A DNA stretch of 12,489 nt. It comes from a virus (Duplodnaviria; Heunggongvirae; Uroviricota; Caudoviricetes). The DNA lies in IMG/VR virus record IMGVR_UViG_2636415416_000016; one strand, given 5' to 3'. The notes beneath the pieces are model-generated. The model ran no database searches. It was not told the origin of the DNA and was given only the letters and a program-made list of their open reading frames with translations. Positions within the stretch are counted from its first letter, which is position 1, and the number at the start of each line of letters is the position of its first letter. Made by a program: the position numbers and the translations under genes. Positions 7,160-12,489 of the stretch are shown in pieces.

Positions 7160-7350
7160 TTTTCACCCCCAAGAATTACCAGCTCGGCACGGGCATCGTT
7201 AACCAAAGATGAGCACGCTTTAATCGCATCCACGACATCAGTAGCGTCCATTTCTTCAGCCGAAAGACTGACAGCAACCAGGACAGCCGCTGCTTGCTCG
7301 ATTAATTGAAGTGCGGACGTAAGGCGAGGGGTATTAATTGAGTTATTCAT
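7156..7350 (-). CDS. hypothetical small protein, 64 aa
   Basis: ATG at 7348-7350 is preferred over the GTG at 7407 used by the ORF track. ATGAATAA overlap with the upstream stop at 7343-7345; G-rich Shine-Dalgarno-like stretch upstream. Confidence 0.5.
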   Translation of the reverse strand: MNNSINTPRLTSALQLIEQAAAVLVAVSLSAEEMDATDVVDAIKACSSLVNDARAELVILGGEK

Positions 7351-7561
7351 TGGTTGCCCCCGTTTTTCCTGGCATTTCGCCACCTTCCAGCAGGAAATGA
7401 ACGTCACGAACGGCGAGATCCAATATCGCGAGTAACGCCTTCAGTCTTTCGTCTCGTGAGGGAGAGTTGCTCACCAGAATGTCGTTAATCACTTCTGTCA
7501 GTGTGATGATCTGGCTTGTGCGTTCGAGGGGATCCATATGCACATCGTAGGTTTTAATCAT
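7343..7561 (-). CDS. hypothetical small protein, 72 aa ([17 protein letters not shown]...); in frame with, and possibly the C-terminal part of, the long 7343-8410 open frame
   Basis: ATG at 7559-7561 preceded by GGAGGTG at about 5 nt; overlaps the stop of the 7554-7748 gene as ATGATTAA. Coding-like codon usage. Confidence 0.4.
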   Translation of the reverse strand: MIKTYDVHMDPLERTSQIITLTEVINDILVSNSPSRDERLKALLAILDLAVRDVHFLLEGGEMPGKTGATNE

Positions 7562-8410
7562 GTGCCACCTCCATGCGGATACGACCAGCAAAAAAGCAGA
7601 TGTGATCGCGCACCAGAGAACGGCGAGCATCGCGTTCAGACTCGGCAGCAATATGATGAATTTTGGCGGTAATTGTCGGGCAATCGCGGCGAACTGCGGC
7701 GATAATCCAGATAAATTGCGGTTTTTGGGTAGTGGTAGTAGCCAGCATGTGGCAGCCTCCTTGTACTGGGAGTTCTTCCCACCACCGGAGCTGCGAAACT
7801 CGCTGGTGGTGGACTGAACAGAGTTCGCAGTACCGGCGTACAAGGAAACCGGCCAGCCTTTCGGCTGCCCTGTCCAGCCCACCATAATTTTGCAAGCGAC
7901 GCGGATTATAACCGCATCACTGAAAAAAGTGTGAGTCTGGCTAACGGCACAAAAAAAGACGCTCGGCGCGTCATGTGTCGCCTCGTACATTTCCGGGCTG
8001 CGAAACCCGGCACCCGTTTTATGAGGTGCCTTATAACCATAAACCGTGTTGCCGCATAACGGCAAGCTCTTTTTTATGGACTCCGAAAACTCACTATTGG
8101 AAGCACCAGATGCACAATACATCGCGCTCATTTCGTTAACGTCGCGCGTGTGGACGAAGGTTTTTGTGGAGTCACTACGCGAGCAGAGAAAGCCATCTAC
8201 GACCAGAAATTCTCTGGCGCAGCCGCCGACCTTCTCAACGCTAACACCATCGACCGTAATTTCTGACATAGTTAAGGCATTCGCTCCCACCACCAGAAAA
8301 TGATAAACTTTGCTTGTATCTGCTGTATTAATGCCAGACTTTGCTGTCATATTGCTGGATTTTGGCGACATACCAGCCAGTGAAAATATCTTCTTCTGGA
8401 CGGTTAGCAT
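7343..8410 (-). CDS. long open frame (355 codons); only the first 220 or so codons (8410 to about 7750) look coding; possibly Ash-family-like (memory only); no in-frame stop before 7343
   Basis: ATG at 8408-8410 preceded by GGAGGT at 6 nt; overlaps the upstream stop (ATGCTAA). Codon usage is good from 8410 to about 7750, poor from 7748 to 7561 where the 64-aa gene occupies another frame, then good again from 7561. The true 3' end is ambiguous. Confidence 0.45.
   Translation of the reverse strand: MLTVQKKIFSLAGMSPKSSNMTAKSGINTADTSKVYHFLVVGANALTMSEITVDGVSVEKVGGCAREFLVVDGFLCSRSDSTKTFVHTRDVNEMSAMYCASGASNSEFSESIKKSLPLCGNTVYGYKAPHKTGAGFRSPEMYEATHDAPSVFFCAVSQTHTFFSDAVIIRVACKIMVGWTGQPKGWPVSLYAGTANSVQSTTSEFRSSGGGKNSQYKEAATCWLLPLPKNRNLSGLSPQFAAIARQLPPKFIILLPSLNAMLAVLWCAITSAFLLVVSAWRWHMIKTYDVHMDPLERTSQIITLTEVINDILVSNSPSRDERLKALLAILDLAVRDVHFLLEGGEMPGKTGATNE
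7554..7748 (-). CDS. small protein, 64 aa ([43 protein letters not shown]...); resembles, from memory only, Icd-like host cell division inhibitor proteins of P4-like elements
   Basis: ATG at 7746-7748 preceded by AAGGAGG (7756-7762) at 7-nt spacing. Codon usage in this frame is strongly E. coli-like (all Arg as CGC/CGT, Leu as CTG), whereas the overlapping long frame uses CTA/TTA/CGA/AGG/ATA here. The TTG start at 7895 used by the ORF track is rejected. Confidence 0.5.
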   Translation of the reverse strand: MLATTTTQKPQFIWIIAAVRRDCPTITAKIHHIAAESERDARRSLVRDHICFFAGRIRMEVAHD

Positions 8411-8586
8411 TTGTTAACCTCCGCGAACTCCTTCATGAAGCGCGCCAGCGGTTGTACGCATGGCGATTGATACCCGTCGCGATAAAACGTCACTCGGTTG
8501 TGAGACACGCTTTCGACAGTAACGAGTGCTCCGTGGGCATCCTTGTAGCGTTTTTGAGGTTGTGGTGTTCCTGTCGGCTTAAACAT
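8404..8586 (-). CDS. hypothetical small protein, 60 aa ([60 protein letters not shown])
   Basis: ATG at 8584-8586 preceded by GGAGGTGG; overlaps the antirepressor-like gene stop as ATGTTTAA. The longer N-terminal extension in the ORF track is rejected because it overlaps the upstream gene. Confidence 0.55.
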   Translation of the reverse strand: MFKPTGTPQPQKRYKDAHGALVTVESVSHNRVTFYRDGYQSPCVQPLARFMKEFAEVNKC

Positions 8587-9412
8587 GGACCACCTCCAGA
8601 CGCTTAGCGAGCCAGCGTTGCGACAGGCGGGTGAGTTCTCCTTTGCGCTGCTCATATTCCATGCCCATATCAATTAACGTGATATTGGTGCTTTCGAGAT
8701 ATGAGAGGTGCTCAAGTTGTTCTGCGTTCATATGGTCGCGAGGTTCGCCAGAATAGCCATTTATCCGCGCCCACTGCTTAGCAGTTAGCCCACCAAGAAC
8801 GATACGAGAAATCATATTGCTCTCGTTTGTGTAGTGGTGTTGCTGCGTCGTTTTCCCCTGCTCGGCACGGGCCATATTCAGCGCATCGCACATTGGCTTA
8901 AAGTTGTTTGCGGCACTGATACGGGCTTTTAGCTGGCGACGATAGCGGGCGGCGATTTCAGGAACGCTACGCTGTAATTCTTCCTCGCACTGGATGAAAT
9001 AACGGCGGATAGCGCGACCCTGATCATTGCGTTCGATCATTGCCAGTTCTTTCGCCATTCCGACACTTAACAGATAGTCTTTGCCGGGTCTGCCAGACTG
9101 CTTAATCTTTCTGTAAGCCGCGCCATTCGGGCTTTTCCCCAAATTTGGGGAAATAGTTTTATGGACTGAGTAATCGTGCCCAATGGTGAAGTCATATTCA
9201 GAGATGCGATCAGTGATCCATGTAGAGAAGTCTTTTCCCACGCCCAACGCTTTGTGTAACGCTTTTGCGCTAACAATATTGGTTTCACGCCCACCGATAT
9301 GACCAGGAATAACCGGGACAATTGCGGCAAATTCATTACCGTTAATTGTGCTCAGAGAGGCGTTCAGATGAGGGGCGGCCTCAGAAATTAATCTGCTTTT
9401 TTCGATGTTCAT
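8579..9412 (-). CDS. phage antirepressor-like protein (AntA/AntB-type N-terminal domain), 277 aa
   Basis: ATG at 9410-9412 with GGAG about 8 nt upstream. N-terminal region (KDFSTWITDRISEY ... GRPGKDYLLSVGMAKELAMIERNDQGRAIRRYFIQCEEEL) matches the AntA/AntB antirepressor pattern as I recall it. The C-terminal domain is unassigned. Confidence 0.55.
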   Translation of the reverse strand: MNIEKSRLISEAAPHLNASLSTINGNEFAAIVPVIPGHIGGRETNIVSAKALHKALGVGKDFSTWITDRISEYDFTIGHDYSVHKTISPNLGKSPNGAAYRKIKQSGRPGKDYLLSVGMAKELAMIERNDQGRAIRRYFIQCEEELQRSVPEIAARYRRQLKARISAANNFKPMCDALNMARAEQGKTTQQHHYTNESNMISRIVLGGLTAKQWARINGYSGEPRDHMNAEQLEHLSYLESTNITLIDMGMEYEQRKGELTRLSQRWLAKRLEVVHV

Positions 9413-9424
9413 TTTCAGTCTCCG

Positions 9425-9856
9425 TTAAGCGGCGTTAAACGCGTCCGGGTAGAGTTTCAGAATGTCGGCAATTTCCTGCTGAGAAAGTCCGTTGTGATCA
9501 TTTATGTTCGCAAGATGGTTAATATGAGTGATCACTTTCAGAACATCACCACGGCAGGAGAAACGGTAGCGAAGGTGTGTTCCGATACCATCAGGATTCT
9601 TTTCGTCGATACGCTCCAGAGTGATTCCAAGCTGGCGTTCTAACTCTGTTGCATAGTTACGACCAGAAGACAGACGGCAGTAGCGAAGAATGTCATTTTC
9701 TGTCCATCCCTCTATACCAGTACGCAGCATATAGACTCTGGCACGATGCTTTTTCGGTGTGCGCTTTGGTGCTTGAAGGGATTTTGTAAGGGGCGTAACA
9801 TCAGATACGCGAATATCTGAATTAGCCGCCTGTAATGGGCGGTTTTTCTTATTCAT
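9425..9856 (-). CDS. hypothetical protein, 143 aa, basic N-terminus; possible DNA-binding protein
   Basis: ATG at 9854-9856 overlaps the alpA stop as TAATG. No family recognised by eye. Confidence 0.55.
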   Translation of the reverse strand: MNKKNRPLQAANSDIRVSDVTPLTKSLQAPKRTPKKHRARVYMLRTGIEGWTENDILRYCRLSSGRNYATELERQLGITLERIDEKNPDGIGTHLRYRFSCRGDVLKVITHINHLANINDHNGLSQQEIADILKLYPDAFNAA

Positions 9857-10053
9857 TACGCTACCTCGCCACGCGACTCAGCGATGCGCTGATTAATCCA
9901 TTCTTCAATTTCACTTTCAATAAACGCAATTGATCGGCTTCCAATCTTTACAGATTGAGGGAATCGCTGTTCTTTGATGAGCCGATAAATCCACGCTTTG
10001 CTGTAACCAGTACGGCGTTGAACCTCAGAAAGACGAATAAATGATTGAGACAT
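9856..10053 (-). CDS. alpA: AlpA-family phage transcriptional regulator (Vis/AlpA-like helix-turn-helix), 65 aa
   Basis: MSQSFIRLSEVQRRTGYSKAWIYRLIKEQRFPQSVKIGSRSIAFIESEIEEWINQRI fits the AlpA pattern (RL..V...TG.S...IY.L.....FP...K.G.RS..W...EI.EW). ATG at 10051-10053 preceded by AGGAG at 5 nt. It is the first gene of the long operon. Confidence 0.8.
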   Translation of the reverse strand: MSQSFIRLSEVQRRTGYSKAWIYRLIKEQRFPQSVKIGSRSIAFIESEIEEWINQRIAESRGEVA

Positions 10054-10171
10054 GTTTACTCCTATATTCTGTCATCTTCTTTAATGGACATCAGTAGACA
10101 GAAAGGAGATTAAACAAACCGGTGAATGGGTGATAGCGGATAAAAATAAAATATTTTTTTGAGAAGATTAT

Positions 10172-10206
10172 CCGCTTTGAAATACACAGTAGCGTATTCA
10201 AAGCGG
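10172..10206. repeat. inverted repeat CCGCTTTGAA-N15-TTCAAAGCGG between the acidic cargo gene and alpA; possible terminator or operator
   Basis: 10-bp perfect arms at 10172-10181 and 10197-10206, flanked by A/T runs. On the minus strand no U-tract follows immediately, so it is not a canonical terminator. Confidence 0.4.
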
Positions 10207-10250
10207 AAATCGCGAAATTTACTTAAAACGTTTACGTAGGATTTTGCTTG

Positions 10251-11132
10251 CTATAAATCTCTACTCATTAAATCAGATATTTTTATCAAGCTCATTTCTC
10301 TGTCTTTGTTTACATAAAGCTGAAGCAAGCGGGTGTATCTCTCGCTTATAGATTCAAGTGCAAAAGGCTTTATTGATTCCTTAATAGCCTGCGTATCTTT
10401 CGGATCATCACTAAAAACCAAGGCAGAAATCATCGGATTGCTCACTTCCTTACCTGACTTCTCACCCCAAATCAGCAGATCAACAATAGGTATCACTCTA
10501 TTAGATATCAACTTCTGAAGGGTCTTTAATCCAATCCTTTTCTGAGCGACATGCTCTCTCTCTGGTACTTTTAACTCTTTTCGCCATAGAGGTAGAAGGT
10601 GAGTCAGGCTGGTAATAATTTCGTCATCAGTGGCGTCATCTAAATCTATAGAAACGAGTATGATGTTAGGGGAACAATTACTTAGGTTTCCAGTAACACT
10701 CGCAAGCATAGCGTTTGCCTTGAGGTAGCAATCCTCTTCGTCTCTTTTAAAAAAGCCTTGATCTATCGATGAGAAAGAGTACATGGCCAGCTCTGAAAAT
10801 GTTACTGGACTAACCCCCATAGCTGAAGATAATGAGGGAAGATCATCGTACTCATTTCTTAATGATGGGGCTTCATCATTTACTTTGCGAATAAATTCTT
10901 CGACCTCTTCCTCTTCTTCATTGAGAATGGTTAGGTTAGGATCGCCCGAAAAAATCCTTTCATATTTTATATCGTACTCTTCTTTGAATATAGCAGTGTC
11001 ATCTTTTGCATGACGCAATAAAAAATCGCGCCACTCTAATTCTTGAATCAAGTCCGGCAAGGTTAAATCATTTAAAAATTCATAATTACTAATATCAAAC
11101 CATGCTAAATCTTGTTTTTTGGCTCTCACCAT
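10251..11132 (-). CDS. highly acidic hypothetical protein, 293 aa, encoded by a low-GC gene; cargo between integrase and alpA
   Basis: ATG at 11130-11132, stop TAG at 10251-10253. Sampled stretches are about 37-43 percent G+C against more than 50 percent in neighbouring genes. Asp/Glu greatly outnumber Lys/Arg, with an EEEEEVEE run. No P-loop, nuclease or transmembrane motifs seen by eye. Confidence 0.65.
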   Translation of the reverse strand: MVRAKKQDLAWFDISNYEFLNDLTLPDLIQELEWRDFLLRHAKDDTAIFKEEYDIKYERIFSGDPNLTILNEEEEEVEEFIRKVNDEAPSLRNEYDDLPSLSSAMGVSPVTFSELAMYSFSSIDQGFFKRDEEDCYLKANAMLASVTGNLSNCSPNIILVSIDLDDATDDEIITSLTHLLPLWRKELKVPEREHVAQKRIGLKTLQKLISNRVIPIVDLLIWGEKSGKEVSNPMISALVFSDDPKDTQAIKESIKPFALESISERYTRLLQLYVNKDREMSLIKISDLMSRDL

Positions 11133-11274
11133 ACGCCACCCCGCGCCCCTAATTCTGACGGCTATGCCAGCCCGTAGGGGTGTACGGGTTTTCGGGGATC
11201 AGCCTAGACATAGCCTATTCTTTGTTCGTCTACATAAGTCTACTACCATTGCTTAACACGGTCTATTCATACAG

Positions 11275-12489
11275 TTAAGCTCGTTTCCCAAACGAACCAT
11301 GAACAACGTTCTCCTCCTTCTCCAGCGCATCCATATAGTCGGCATACCATTGAAGCATCTCCCGCCTTCCATCCAGATATTGCGCATGGTTGTATGTGCC
11401 ACGAATTGAGTTCTTATCAACGTGAGCGAGCTGCGTTTCTATCCACGCGGTGTTATAGCCCTGCTCATGCAAAATCGTGCTCATAGTGTGCCGGAACCCA
11501 TGACCAGTTACACGTCCAGCGTAGCCAATGCGCTTAAACACTTGGTTTATGCTGGCCTCACTCATTGTTTTCCTTGGATCATTGCGCCCGGGAAACATAA
11601 GAGGGTAATTGCCTGTTATTTCTCTAATCTTCCCAATAAGCGAAAGAGCCTGATCAGACAATGGCACAATATGAGGCCGCCGCATTTTCATACGTGAAGC
11701 GGGTATCTCCCAGATAGCCTTGTTGAAATCAATTTCATCCCATAATGCGCCACGTAGTTCGCCAGTCCGCAAGCCGGTGATAATCAGTAGACGAGCCGCC
11801 ATAACAACCAATGCGCTTCTTGAGTAACTGGACAATGCCTTGAAAAAATCAGGTAATTCTTTAGCTGTAAGGAAAGGGTAATGATTAGATTCATGGCCTT
11901 GCATCGCGCTAGTAAGGTCTGGTGCAGGGTTATACTCTGCGCGACCAGTGACTATTGCATAGCGGAAAACTTCCCCGCACCGCTGCCTCACTTTTTTGGC
12001 TTTTTCTGTAGCACCGCGCCCCTCGATGCGCCGCAGCACATTCAGAAGTTCAAGTGGTTTGATTTCGGCGATTGGTTTTTTGCCAATGTAAGGGAACACA
12101 TCTTTGTTGAAGGCTTCGAGGATGTCTGAAGCATAACCAGCAGACCATTTTTTTAATTTGCTGCTGTGCCACTCAAGGGCAATATCTTTGAAGGTGTTGT
12201 TTAACTGCGTTTCCCGGGCAATCTTTTCCTCTCGTTTCGCTTCCATCGGATCGATACCACCAGCGATACCTCTTTTCGCATCTTCACGTTTTGCCCGAGC
12301 ATCGGCTAGAGTAACCTCAGGATACACACCTAGTGCCAATAGCTTCTCTTTACCAGCTACACGATATTTAAGTCGCCAGTATTTACCTCCATTAGGTTTT
12401 ACCAAGAGATACAAACCGCCACCATCGGCCAGCTTGTAAGCCTTCTCTTTTGGCTTGGCTGTGTCTATTTGACGGGCATTGAGTTTCAC
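11275..12489 (-). CDS. int: P4-type tyrosine integrase (site-specific recombinase)
   Basis: N-terminus KLNARQIDTAKPKEKAYKLADGGGLYLLVKPNGGKYWRLKYR is the classic P4-integrase arm-binding signature. C-terminal catalytic region has HGFRH and the RGTYNHAQY tyrosine motif. Stop TAA at 11275-11277. The frame starts at the window edge (GTG 12487-12489), so the true start may lie just beyond the window. Confidence 0.9.
   Translation of the reverse strand: MKLNARQIDTAKPKEKAYKLADGGGLYLLVKPNGGKYWRLKYRVAGKEKLLALGVYPEVTLADARAKREDAKRGIAGGIDPMEAKREEKIARETQLNNTFKDIALEWHSSKLKKWSAGYASDILEAFNKDVFPYIGKKPIAEIKPLELLNVLRRIEGRGATEKAKKVRQRCGEVFRYAIVTGRAEYNPAPDLTSAMQGHESNHYPFLTAKELPDFFKALSSYSRSALVVMAARLLIITGLRTGELRGALWDEIDFNKAIWEIPASRMKMRRPHIVPLSDQALSLIGKIREITGNYPLMFPGRNDPRKTMSEASINQVFKRIGYAGRVTGHGFRHTMSTILHEQGYNTAWIETQLAHVDKNSIRGTYNHAQYLDGRREMLQWYADYMDALEKEENVVHGSFGKRA

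Noticed and set aside
7700-7760. Programmed -1 frameshift fusing the long open frame to the 64-aa gene
   Set aside because: No canonical X_XXY_YYZ slippery heptamer is present in the upstream frame near the junction, and the downstream gene has its own start and ribosome-binding site. A lost stop or a chance open frame is simpler.
7554-7895. TTG-initiated 113-codon version of the small gene
   Set aside because: The upstream 49 codons use rare codons (AGG, CGG, CGA) and read like an off-frame translation. The ATG at 7746-7748 has a strong AAGGAGG ribosome-binding site.
11171-11197. Hairpin CCCGTA-GGGGTG-TACGGG followed by TTTT on the plus strand, between int and the cargo gene
   Set aside because: The stem is only 6 bp and the T-tract is on the plus strand, where no gene is transcribed towards it. 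On the minus strand no U-tract follows, so it is not a convincing terminator.
11133-12489. tRNA gene or attachment site next to the integrase
   Set aside because: No tRNA-like sequence is present in the window. The integrase start is at the window edge, so any tRNA or att site would lie beyond 12489.

Overview
Enterobacterial-type DNA with E. coli-like codon usage; almost all coding is on the minus strand. The window is dominated by a phage-satellite-like integrative island (PICI / P4-like layout) with no capsid, terminase or lysis genes in more than 11 kb. From right to left: a P4-type tyrosine integrase at the window edge (11275-12489); a compositionally distinct low-GC gene for a highly acidic 293-aa protein (10251-11132); one long, tightly coupled operon led by an AlpA-family regulator (9856-10053) and running through an antirepressor-like gene and about ten small genes to a 919-aa zinc-ribbon/TOPRIM/P-loop primase-helicase (2624-5383); an iteron array with AT-rich spacer directly after the primase stop (2463-2600, candidate origin); two TACGA-N5-TCGTA palindromes; an intrinsic terminator (2112-2142); and a second small module (53-aa, 153-aa and Gly/Gln-rich 211-aa ORFs) that runs into an IS5-family insertion-sequence fragment (1 to about 770). 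No rRNA, tRNA or CRISPR was seen. All family assignments come from motifs read by eye without database searches. The best candidates for undescribed functions are the acidic int-proximal cargo gene and the post-origin three-gene module.
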